NCBI RefSeq assembly: GCF_000169175.1
Contig: NZ_AAWS01000006.1
Location: 135,192-199,191 of the forward strand
DNA length: 64,000 bases
Direction of reading: 5' to 3'
Source: Microscilla marina ATCC 23134
Lineage (GTDB): Bacteria; Bacteroidota; Bacteroidia; Cytophagales; Microscillaceae
This document shows, one piece after another, positions 21,963 to 30,728 of this stretch (its first letter is position 1; each line of letters starts with the position of its first letter). The notes under the pieces were generated by a model, which ran no database searches, was not told the DNA's origin, and saw only the letters and a program-made list of their open reading frames with translations. The translations under genes were made by a program, and so were the position numbers.

Positions 21963-22361
21963 TTAGCTTGCTTTGCCAAGCAACCAATCCTCGGCTTCAG
22001 ATTGACTGGCAAAGTATTTCACTGCGGTGTCCAAATCTTGCACTGTTTGCTCAATACTCAGTTGTGATACAAACTCTGCTGCTACTACCACTGCAGATTT
22101 AGGGGGCATATAATCAGTAAACTGTTGTACCACCCACTGCTGCAGGATGGGATCAATCACAAAGTGAAAATCCTGGGTTAATGACAAACTACCAGCAAAG
22201 GAATGATGGTCAACAAAAATCTGACGTAATGCCACTACTTCTGGCTTGTATCGGTCAATTGTAAGGTGACGGGTATTGGGTGTCCACCTACTTATCACCC
22301 AAGAATTTTCTGAATCATAAGAAACTTCGAGAAATTCACTTTTGTACTCTAATTCTACCAT
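21963..22361 (-). CDS. Paralog 5 of 9 (same family)
   Basis: MVELEYKSEFLEVSYDSENSWVISRWTPNTRHLTIDRYKPE...YFASQSEAEDWLLGK. Confidence 0.8.
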   Translation of the reverse strand: MVELEYKSEFLEVSYDSENSWVISRWTPNTRHLTIDRYKPEVVALRQIFVDHHSFAGSLSLTQDFHFVIDPILQQWVVQQFTDYMPPKSAVVVAAEFVSQLSIEQTVQDLDTAVKYFASQSEAEDWLLGKAS

Positions 22362-22594
22362 TGCCTGATTATTTATTGGTTAATTATATAAAAATAAAGA
22401 ATAAAATAGGGTATATTTCATTCTTTATCAAATAATACGTTATAAGTAGCAGCCAGTTTCTTTTCCATTGGCTTAAAATTCCCCTTGCGAGGATATAGAA
22501 AATGTTTATAGATTTCTAATTCATACATCTTTCATTTTCCCTACATAAACCATTAGGATAAGTACTACCACAGTTTAATGTATAGCCTTTAAGT

Positions 22595-23002
22595 TTAGCT
22601 CACTTTTTTTGCTTTACCAAGCAACCAATCCTTGGCTTCAGATTGACTGGCAAAGTATTTCACTGCGGCCTCCAGATCTTGCGCTGTTTGCTCAATACTC
22701 AGTTGCGATACAAACTCTGCTGCTACTACCACTGCGGATTTCGGGGGCATGTAACCAGTAAACTGTTGTACCACCCACTGCTGTGTTGCAGGATCAATTA
22801 CAAAGTAAAAATCTTGAGCCAACAATAAACTACCAGCAAAGGGATGATGGTCAACAAAAGCCTGACGAAACGCCATTACTTCCTGTTTGTATTGGTCAAT
22901 TGTAAGGTGAAGGGTATTGGGTGTCCACCTGGTTATCACCCAAGAATTTTCCGAATCATAAGAAATCTCTAGAAATTCACTTTTGTACTCTAATTCTACC
23001 AT
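22595..23002 (-). CDS. Paralog 6 of 9 (same family)
   Basis: MVELEYKSEFLEISYDSENSWVITRWTPNTLHLTIDQYKQE...YFASQSEAKDWLLGK. Confidence 0.8.
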   Translation of the reverse strand: MVELEYKSEFLEISYDSENSWVITRWTPNTLHLTIDQYKQEVMAFRQAFVDHHPFAGSLLLAQDFYFVIDPATQQWVVQQFTGYMPPKSAVVVAAEFVSQLSIEQTAQDLEAAVKYFASQSEAKDWLLGKAKKVS

Positions 23003-23239
23003 TGCCTGATAATTTATTTGTTGATTATATAAAAATAGAGAATAAAATAAGGCGTATTTTATCCTCTATCAAATAATACGTTATAAGCACCAGCCAGTTT
23101 CTTTTCCAATGGCTTAAAATTCCCCTTGCGATGATATAGAAAAATGCTTACAAGTTTCTAATTCATACATCTTTCATTTTCCCTACACAAACCACTAGCG
23201 TAAGCACTGCCACAGTTTAATGTGTAGCCTTTAAGTTAT

Positions 23240-23644
23240 TTAGCTTACTTTTTCTTTACCAATCAACCACTCCCTGGCTTCAGGTTCATTGTCAAAGTAT
23301 TTCACTGCGGTCTCCATATCTTGTACTGTTTGTTCAATACTCAGTTGTGCTACAAACTCGGCTGCTACTACCACTGCCGATTTAGGGGGCAGATAATCAT
23401 TAAGTTGTTGTGCCGTCCATTCCTGCGTTGCAGGATCAATCACAAAGTAAAAATCTTGATTCAGCGACAAATTGCAAGCAAAAGGATAATGATTAATAAA
23501 AACCTGACGTACCGCCAATATTTCCTCTTTGTATTGGTCAATTGTAAGGTGAAGGGTATTGGGTGTCCACTTACTGATCACCCAAGAGTTTTCCGAATCA
23601 TAAGAAACTTCGAGAAATTCACTTTTGCACTCTAATTCTATCAT
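23240..23644 (-). CDS. Paralog 7 of 9 (same family). Near-identical to paralog 8.
   Basis: MIELECKSEFLEVSYDSENSWVISKWTPNTLHLTIDQYKEEILAVRQVFINHYPFACNLSLNQDFYF... Confidence 0.8.
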   Translation of the reverse strand: MIELECKSEFLEVSYDSENSWVISKWTPNTLHLTIDQYKEEILAVRQVFINHYPFACNLSLNQDFYFVIDPATQEWTAQQLNDYLPPKSAVVVAAEFVAQLSIEQTVQDMETAVKYFDNEPEAREWLIGKEKVS

Positions 23645-23878
23645 TACCTGATAATTTATTTGTTGATTATATAAAAATAGAGAATAAAATAAGGCGTATT
23701 CTATCCGCTATCAAATAATACGTTATAAGCACATGCCAATTTCTTTTCCAATGGCTTAAAATCCCCTTTCCAAATCATATAGAAAAATGCTTATAGGTTT
23801 CTAATTCATACATCTTTCACTTTCCCTGTACCAACCATCGCAGTAAGCACTGCCATAATCTAATGTATGCCTTTAAAT

Positions 23879-24283
23879 TTAGCTTGCTTTTTCTTTACCA
23901 AGCAACCATTCCCTAGCCTCTGGTTCATTGTCAAAGTATTTCACTGCGGTCTCCATATCTTGTACTGTTTGTTCAATACTCAGTTGTGCTACAAACTCGG
24001 CTGCTACTACCACTGCCGATTTAGGGGGCAGATAATCATTAAGTTGTTGTGCCATCCATTCCTGCGTTGCAGGATCAATCACAAAGTGAAAATCTTGATT
24101 CAGCGACAAATTGCAAGCAAAAGGATAATGATTAATAAAAACCTGACGTACCGCCAATATTTCCTCTTTGTATTGGTCAATTGTAAGGTGAAGGGTATTG
24201 GGTTTCCATCTACTGATTACCCAAGAGTTTTCCGAATCATAAGAAACTTCGAGAAATTCACTTTTGTACTCTAATTCTACCAT
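23879..24283 (-). CDS. Paralog 8 of 9 (same family). Near-identical to paralog 7.
   Basis: MVELEYKSEFLEVSYDSENSWVISRWKPNTLHLTIDQYKEEILAVRQVFINHYPFACNLSLNQDFHF... Confidence 0.8.
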   Translation of the reverse strand: MVELEYKSEFLEVSYDSENSWVISRWKPNTLHLTIDQYKEEILAVRQVFINHYPFACNLSLNQDFHFVIDPATQEWMAQQLNDYLPPKSAVVVAAEFVAQLSIEQTVQDMETAVKYFDNEPEAREWLLGKEKAS

Positions 24284-24520
24284 TGCCTAGTAATTTATTT
24301 GTTGATTACATAAAAACATAGAATAAAATAAGGTATATTTTATCCTCTATCAAATAATACGTTATAAACACATGCCAGTTTCTTTTCAATCTAAACTTCC
24401 AATCCCCCTTCCAAATCATATAGAAAAATGCTTATAGATTTCTAATTCATACATCTTTCACTTTCCCTGTACCAACCATCGCAGTAAGCACTGCCATAAT
24501 CTAATGTATAGCCTTTAAAT

Positions 24521-24925
24521 TTAGCTTGCTTTTTCTTTACCAAGCAACCATTCCCTAGCCTCTGGTTCATTGTCAAAATAACAAACTGCTCCATCTAAGC
24601 TCTGAAGTGTTTGTTCAATACTCAACTGCGACACAAACTCTGCCGCTACTATTGTTGCCGATTTGGCAGGAAAATAACCTTCAAACTGTAGCATTACCCA
24701 ATCTTGCAGTTCAGGGGCAACTATAAAGTTAAAATCCTGAGCCAATGACAAGTTGCCAGTAAGAGGTTGGTGATTAGCGAAAGCCTTCACCAGTGCATGT
24801 ATTTCGCGTTTGTATTGGTCGACAGTGAGGTAACTGGTATTGGCTGTCCACTTACTTATTACCCAAGAATTTTCCGAATCATAAGAAATTTCCAAAAAAT
24901 CGCTTTTGTACTCTAATTCTATCAT
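24521..24925 (-). CDS. Paralog 9 of 9 (same family)
   Basis: MIELEYKSDFLEISYDSENSWVISKWTANTSYLTVDQYKRE...YFDNEPEAREWLLGK. Confidence 0.8.
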   Translation of the reverse strand: MIELEYKSDFLEISYDSENSWVISKWTANTSYLTVDQYKREIHALVKAFANHQPLTGNLSLAQDFNFIVAPELQDWVMLQFEGYFPAKSATIVAAEFVSQLSIEQTLQSLDGAVCYFDNEPEAREWLLGKEKAS

Positions 24926-25054
24926 TAACTGATAATTTATTGGTTTACTATATTAAAAATAGAGGGCAAAATAAATCACACTTTACCCTTTTGTTACTAT
25001 TTACTATCTATCTAAAAAATACGTTATAAACACCTGCGAGTTTCTCCGTTTAAT

Positions 25055-26950
25055 CTAATTTTCCAATGACTTAAAATCCCCTCTGATAATACGAAATCGC
25101 TTACGGGCTTCTACCACATAAATACTCCCAGGAAATTTCGTTAAGTGGTTTCGGTAATATTCCTTGGCTTTCTCAGGGTTTTTAAGGTATTCTTCGTAGA
25201 TTTTTCCTATGGTAAAATGGGCATCATCAGCCAATATATCTTGCCCATGCTGTTTTACAATTTGTTCAAGCACTTCGATGGTTTCTTGAAATTTAGCCAT
25301 TTTAAGCAGTAACTTAGATTTGCTCCATAAAATTTCATCTTTCAAACTGTGGTCTTTGTACTTTTTTTCCATCTCAACCAGCTTATCCAAAGCTTCTTTA
25401 TCTTTATGCTGAAACATCAACAGCTCTACTCCAGCGTAGGCTTTCATTGCCGAGTTGGTAGTGTCCATATCCAATGCAGTGTTATCCCTGATCAATAAAC
25501 TCAAATTCATTGCGTCGTTGGCAATTTCACGGGTAGTGGCTTCTTTCAAAATATCTAAATGCCCCTGTGCCAACTCAAAATCGCCCTTAAAATAAGAAAG
25601 TTTCCCATTGCGTAGCTTTGCCTCATACCCTAAAGGCCTTCTCTTTCGCGTTTTCTCCACCTGTGAGTAAAGCAAAGTAGCTTCCCAGGGTTCTCCCTTC
25701 AAAATATAAATATCGCCCAGGTCGAGGCGGCATTGGGCTATAAAGCGTTGATTGTACCCGCTCAGTTTGATAGCATCTTTTAAAGTAACCACTGCAGTGT
25801 CTTTCTTATCAAGATAAAAAGCCTGTAATAACGCAATGCTTCTCATGGCGTTCAACGTACGAAAGTTGCGCCCCAGGTCTTTCAATAGCTGGCTATAGTC
25901 ACCAATTAATGACTCAATATCAGTTCTAGCTACGGGGTAAGTGTTCTTTACTACTGCTTCTTTGGCTTTGATTAAGTAATGGCGAGCCACTGAATAATTG
26001 CTACCTTTCGGATACTTCTTGACCACATAGGCAAACATTCGCTTGGCATTTTTGTAGTCCTCATTGCGCATAGCAATCATTCCAATGTTCAACAATTCGC
26101 TCCCTTCCTGTCGATAACGTCGGTCAAGTGCTTTGGCTTGAATAAAGGCTCTGTAAAACAACTTTTGTTGTAAATAGATCCAGAGTAGAAACTCGTTATA
26201 GATAATCTCACCAGGCTGCTTCTGTAGCTTTGTAAGCAATATTTTTTCAAACTTCTCTAAGTCTTTTTGAGTTGTCAGGCGATCTTGCAAGGCTCCTTTG
26301 ACAGATTCCAGGTTTTTGCGATCGTCCAATGCGACATTGATATATTCATCAATCATTGGTTCAAACTTGCCCAAAGTAGCATACACATTGGCCAGTTCTT
26401 GAGCAAACAGGTACTTGTTGGCAATGCCTCGGCGGGCATTCAAATATATCTTCTCTGCCCAGGTAGCTTTATCAAGCAATACAAAGTGCTCAGCGGCCGC
26501 TGACACCACGTGATCAGGTTTCTTACGTACATCATTCACCACCCGCTCGAACTGCTTGTCAGCCCGCCCTATCTTGCCTTGTCGTTCGAGTACAAAGCCA
26601 TAGTCAATAGGCAAAGTAGGATTTTCAGGCTCAATTCGCATGCGTCGCTTAATCAATTTTTCGGCATCTTTAAATTGTTTTTGAGCCAGCAACGACGCCA
26701 GGTAGTTAGTATAGACTTGTTGTAGGTAGGTGGTACGCAGTGAAAGTTTTTCATATAAACTATTGGCTTTTTCATACTCCTTCTTCTGAAAGTACTCATC
26801 TGCCAATTGTAGGTTTTTATTTTGTGCCACTGCTTGCGGTGGCATAATCAAATTTGCAAATATTATGATCCCTAACATCAAAAAAAATCGGGTAATGGTC
26901 TGATTCATTTTTTTATCTTTTTTTATTTCATGGCTAATATTCATGTTCAT
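25055..26950 (-). CDS. Tetratricopeptide-repeat protein with N-terminal signal peptide/TM
   Basis: MNQTITRFFLMLGIIIFANLIMPPQAVAQ, then repeated TPR-like A/Y/L-spaced helices (YEKANSLYEK, FKDAEKLIKRR, EYKNAKRMFAYVVKKYP). The true start may be the internal ATG at 26908. Confidence 0.75.
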   Translation of the reverse strand: MNMNISHEIKKDKKMNQTITRFFLMLGIIIFANLIMPPQAVAQNKNLQLADEYFQKKEYEKANSLYEKLSLRTTYLQQVYTNYLASLLAQKQFKDAEKLIKRRMRIEPENPTLPIDYGFVLERQGKIGRADKQFERVVNDVRKKPDHVVSAAAEHFVLLDKATWAEKIYLNARRGIANKYLFAQELANVYATLGKFEPMIDEYINVALDDRKNLESVKGALQDRLTTQKDLEKFEKILLTKLQKQPGEIIYNEFLLWIYLQQKLFYRAFIQAKALDRRYRQEGSELLNIGMIAMRNEDYKNAKRMFAYVVKKYPKGSNYSVARHYLIKAKEAVVKNTYPVARTDIESLIGDYSQLLKDLGRNFRTLNAMRSIALLQAFYLDKKDTAVVTLKDAIKLSGYNQRFIAQCRLDLGDIYILKGEPWEATLLYSQVEKTRKRRPLGYEAKLRNGKLSYFKGDFELAQGHLDILKEATTREIANDAMNLSLLIRDNTALDMDTTNSAMKAYAGVELLMFQHKDKEALDKLVEMEKKYKDHSLKDEILWSKSKLLLKMAKFQETIEVLEQIVKQHGQDILADDAHFTIGKIYEEYLKNPEKAKEYYRNHLTKFPGSIYVVEARKRFRIIRGDFKSLEN

Positions 26951-27060
26951 ACATTAAAATATACTACAATAAAAATAACATCTTTCGAAAACACATTTCG
27001 AAAGTAACAGTATTAACGGCAATTCCTATCGATAAGATTTTTTTATCTTTTAAAAAATTC

Positions 27061-27800
27061 TGCTTTCAAGCGAAAAGCTTCTAACCTCTTTTAAATAAAG
27101 AACAATAAATTATTTAATTACTTAAGTATTATTATTATTATCATGCTGTGGATAACTTTTGTTTTTCACTTGAGAATATTTTCCTGCCAATATTGCTAAA
27201 TATACATTGTCGAGGTTCACTTTTATTTCGAGGAGTTATACCCACCTTATTCGATTTGTCCACATACTTATCCACATTGTTTCAATTTGTTTTGCTAAAA
27301 TCATGATCGAGAATCGATGTTGATAACCCCTATTTTTTGGTGGATAAACATGTGGATAAATTGTGGATAAACAAAGGGTTTTACACACCCCTATAGTTTT
27401 TCAACATTGGAGTTAAAGTTATCCACCTAAATATGTGGACAAATCAGGCACTTATCCACACAATTTTTAGGGTTATCCACAGGTTTTGTGGATAATGTGG
27501 ATAAGTAGTGGGGGGATCTATGACTTGAAACTAGAGTTATCTACGTTGATTTTTAACATTTGTGGATAAATTAATGGTTTATCCACAAAGTTATCCACAT
27601 TTATAGTCGAGTCTGTTGACATAAATAGCATTACATTCGATAATATCGCTTGGTTTTCGATAAGTATTTGCTGTCAATTGGTGTAGAAAGCCATTTAATT
27701 ATTTAGGTGTAGCAATATGTTTAATCTATTAAATGGCTAATGAGGAGTTGTTTTCGAAGAAAAGTAAGTAGCAGAGGTTATCCACAAATCAATATAAAAT
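27061..27800. other. Putative chromosomal replication origin (oriC): DnaA-box cluster plus adjacent AT-rich candidate unwinding element (27061-27140)
   Basis: Perfect TTATCCACA/TGTGGATAA 9-mers at 27147, 27268, 27351, 27362, 27452, 27473, 27488, 27497, 27561, 27579, 27591 and 27779. One-mismatch boxes at 27256, 27339, 27419 and 27434. 600 bp with no ORF. The preceding stretch ttaaataaagaacaataaattatttaattacttaagtattattattattatc is more than 85% AT. Confidence 0.6.
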
Positions 27801-27898
27801 TTGGGCAAAATCATTTTTTAGCGCTCACCATGACGTTCGATAAACTTGTTTTATCAAGTGATAAAGCTCACTTGTAAGTGGTTTATATAGCTTTAAGT

Positions 27899-29557
27899 TT
27901 AGAATTTAAGGATAATATTTTGTTCCCAGTTGGCTCTTAGTTGAATAGAACTAGGGTAAAATGTAATGTTTTCGGCAGGCTTGTTTTCCTTATAGTTTGA
28001 GAAATCCCACTTACCATTATTGTTTTCATCAATGATAATTCTGATGCTGTAACTGCCTGGAGCCAGGTTATCAAATTTAAAACTATTGCCTGTCACTTCG
28101 CCACTTTTACGTTCTTTGATTATCTGAAACTCTTGGTTGAGTAGTTGTATGATAAAATGGGGGCTTTGGGTTTCTATAGCAATATTTACTAGGCCTATTT
28201 TGGTAGGGTCTAGTCGGTTGAGCGTAGTTTTGATCATTTGGCTTGAGTCGTTTACTGCACTTACAAATGCAGCACTGTCAGCTACTAGTTTTATAACGTT
28301 TTTAAAAGAAACCGGGCGGGTGATGTTTAATTGGGTTTTAAACTGGTTCCATTCAAACTTGGCACTACTGTCTATCAATGGCTTTAGGTTTACCGTATCG
28401 GCATCTACCAGGTACTTGAGCTTTTCGGCTGCAAACTGTACTATAGGTTTGCTAAATTTAACAGTAAGGTCTAGTTTGTTTCCTACAATGCCTAGTGTAT
28501 TTTTAGGTTGAATGTCTATTTTAAAGGTCGCTTTGTCTTTTTCTTTGACAGGCTTATTGTTGAAACGAAGATTTACCTCTTCACTCAATCTATTTTGGGC
28601 AGAGTCTTGAGCTATGATACGAAGCCGCAAGGAGTCTAAGCCTTGCATATTGTAGAAGGTCAACTTCTTGCCACGATCAGTCAGGTTATACAATACTTTT
28701 TGGCGCAGGTTGGTTTGTCCCGAATCTACTTTGAGTGTTTGAACTCCTTCGTTAAATTTTATTTCAAAATAGTGTTTTTGACGCAATTTGCCAATCATAC
28801 GAGGGGCATCATAATCTTCTTGTACCAGGTTTAAGTTAAGTGAATCTTGACTTCCTTGAGTGAGGTCAACTATTTCGGGGGCAAACCCAATCAATTCATT
28901 TTTATTATAATACTTGTTATTGTTGGCATCCTGAATAGCATATAATCTATAGCGATTGGCTTTTATATTTTTGAAGTGGTAAATGCCAGCATCATTGGTT
29001 TGGGTAAGGTAGTATGGTTCATCTTTGTCTACTTTAAGCGTATCATCTACTTTATATAATGCTACAATGGTTTTTTTAGCTGCTTTATTTGTTAACGGAA
29101 TCATTACTTTTCCTTTTATTTCCATTGTGTCCAATTGACTACCAGTACTAAAAGCCAGCCTTACTGGTGTAGGGTTGCCTTCGGTAATGTCTTGAATACT
29201 TTCCCGGAAATCAAGGTTGTAGGTAGTATTGCTGTCCAAGGGTTGTAAAAAGGTAATGCGTAGCCTTTTCTTGCTTATTTTAAATGTATAATCTTTGACT
29301 CTTGGGGTAATGATTAATTCTTGCTTTAGCTTGGGTGCTTTGATCCACTCATTAAAATATAATTCTATTTTGTCGTCCTTATAATTGAGTTGTTCAAGCT
29401 TAGGGTACGAACGAGCCGTATCCATGGTAGGAGGCAAGCTATCTTTGGCACCACCAGTGGGTGCCATAATATTGGCACAACCACTCACACTAAGGAGCAT
29501 CCAAACCACCATACCAAGGTATACTATATATAGGTATATAACACGAGTCATCATCAA
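27899..29557 (-). CDS. Hypothetical lipoprotein, 552 aa, beta-rich
   Basis: Lipoprotein-type signal (MLLSVSGCAN). No catalytic motifs recognised. Confidence 0.6.
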   Translation of the reverse strand: MMMTRVIYLYIVYLGMVVWMLLSVSGCANIMAPTGGAKDSLPPTMDTARSYPKLEQLNYKDDKIELYFNEWIKAPKLKQELIITPRVKDYTFKISKKRLRITFLQPLDSNTTYNLDFRESIQDITEGNPTPVRLAFSTGSQLDTMEIKGKVMIPLTNKAAKKTIVALYKVDDTLKVDKDEPYYLTQTNDAGIYHFKNIKANRYRLYAIQDANNNKYYNKNELIGFAPEIVDLTQGSQDSLNLNLVQEDYDAPRMIGKLRQKHYFEIKFNEGVQTLKVDSGQTNLRQKVLYNLTDRGKKLTFYNMQGLDSLRLRIIAQDSAQNRLSEEVNLRFNNKPVKEKDKATFKIDIQPKNTLGIVGNKLDLTVKFSKPIVQFAAEKLKYLVDADTVNLKPLIDSSAKFEWNQFKTQLNITRPVSFKNVIKLVADSAAFVSAVNDSSQMIKTTLNRLDPTKIGLVNIAIETQSPHFIIQLLNQEFQIIKERKSGEVTGNSFKFDNLAPGSYSIRIIIDENNNGKWDFSNYKENKPAENITFYPSSIQLRANWEQNIILKF

Positions 29558-29635
29558 CAGGAAAATTTATCAACTAATAGACTTAGCGGTGCAAACTTAT
29601 TGATAATTCGTGTTTTGTGTCGAAATCGCTACTAC

Positions 29636-30325
29636 TTATTTTTGAATTTGTCTGAAAATAAGCTGATCTAGGTAGTGAATAATTTCAGAAGTTTCTGAGT
29701 CAGCGCATTTAAGTTCAGTAAGAGAAGGTAAATGTTGCGAAAAAAAGATTTGTTGATGAGCCGATTCCAGCATTGTACTGGTAAGTGCATGGGCATAAGG
29801 GTAGTCGCTGTTATACGCTTTGATCATATTGGCTACTTTTTTACAAAGCGATTTGTAACTATGAAAAAAACCAAACTTATTTTCGTCGTCTACACTTTTG
29901 GTATAATAAGTTTTAGATGATTCAGACACTACTATGCGGTGCAAAGCAGCCTCATTGATATGAGGAAAGTGAGACTCACTGTGCGAGCTTAATGATTCAG
30001 CTATGATTCTAATGGCTATTTTAAGTTGCTTTTCTGTATCTTCTATATTGTTGGTTTGGTAGTCTATCTGGTACTCTAGCCAGCTCCAGTACCATACCAG
30101 TAAATACACCAGCAAGTTATGTTTGTTTTCAAAATAGCGGTAAATAGAAGCTTCAGTAGAACTGATTTGGTTGGCTAATTTCTTGAATGTAAAGTCCTCG
30201 AAGCCAAGTTCATCGATTAGGTCGATGCTTTTGCTTATGATTTTTTTTCCTAACTGAGTTTGTTCTGGGTCTCTCAGGTAGATATTATCATTGACATTTA
30301 TTTTAATGGTCGCTCTAACACCCAT
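29636..30325 (-). CDS. TetR/AcrR-family transcriptional regulator
   Basis: N-terminal HTH (TFKKLANQISSTEASIYRYFENKHNLL), about 229 aa. Confidence 0.8.
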   Translation of the reverse strand: MGVRATIKINVNDNIYLRDPEQTQLGKKIISKSIDLIDELGFEDFTFKKLANQISSTEASIYRYFENKHNLLVYLLVWYWSWLEYQIDYQTNNIEDTEKQLKIAIRIIAESLSSHSESHFPHINEAALHRIVVSESSKTYYTKSVDDENKFGFFHSYKSLCKKVANMIKAYNSDYPYAHALTSTMLESAHQQIFFSQHLPSLTELKCADSETSEIIHYLDQLIFRQIQK

Positions 30326-30728
30326 TATTTAATTATGGTTTGATGTGAAACTACTATCAAAGTTCAAAGTAAAGGTTTTTATTTTAATAGTAAAACTATT
30401 ATTCTAACTGATACACATAAAAGAAAGTTTTATGCAAGGTGAATTATTTAGCCTGTTTCTTTATAAGTGAGGAGAAAGGGTGAAAAAAACAAAAAAATCA
30501 ATGACTCCCAAAGTCATTGATTTTTTTGTTTGGTAGTAGTTGGTCTAGTGCTTTGGGGATTAAATAAGTTGCCTATTAATTTGGATGAATTAACTACGTT
30601 GAGCTCGCGAAAAGCTCGGTTTTGTTTTCTGACGAGTCGTTAAAATGGCGGATAGCCATAGCTATCTAACTTTTTTACGAGGAAGTCAGAGGGCAAAAGT
30701 CGCTAAATAATATGTAAATAACTATGCA

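Larger units (their letters stand above)
19200..25050 (-). repeat. Tandem array of nine diverged repeat units of about 640 bp, each one a gene plus conserved flanks. The first two spacers are longer.
   Basis: Every copy has a conserved 5' flank (plus strand: tcattgcctgataatttattggtt[t/a]attatataaaaatagag[a/c]) and a conserved 3' flank (tcaaataatacgttataa). Period 630-650 bp for copies 4-9. Confidence 0.85.

Noticed and set aside
19456-24274. Plus-strand ORFs antisense to the array paralogs (19456-19683, 21480-21707, 22643-22828, 23321-23635, 23867-24274)
   Set aside because: They lie entirely inside the conserved minus-strand paralog genes. Their peptides are Cys/Arg-rich and low-complexity. 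They are conserved only because the sense genes are conserved.
19200-25050. Possibility that the regular 640-bp periodicity is a CRISPR array or satellite
   Set aside because: The repeats are whole protein-coding units of about 400 bp ORF plus flanks with amino-acid-level conservation. They are not short direct repeats with unique spacers, and no cas genes are present.
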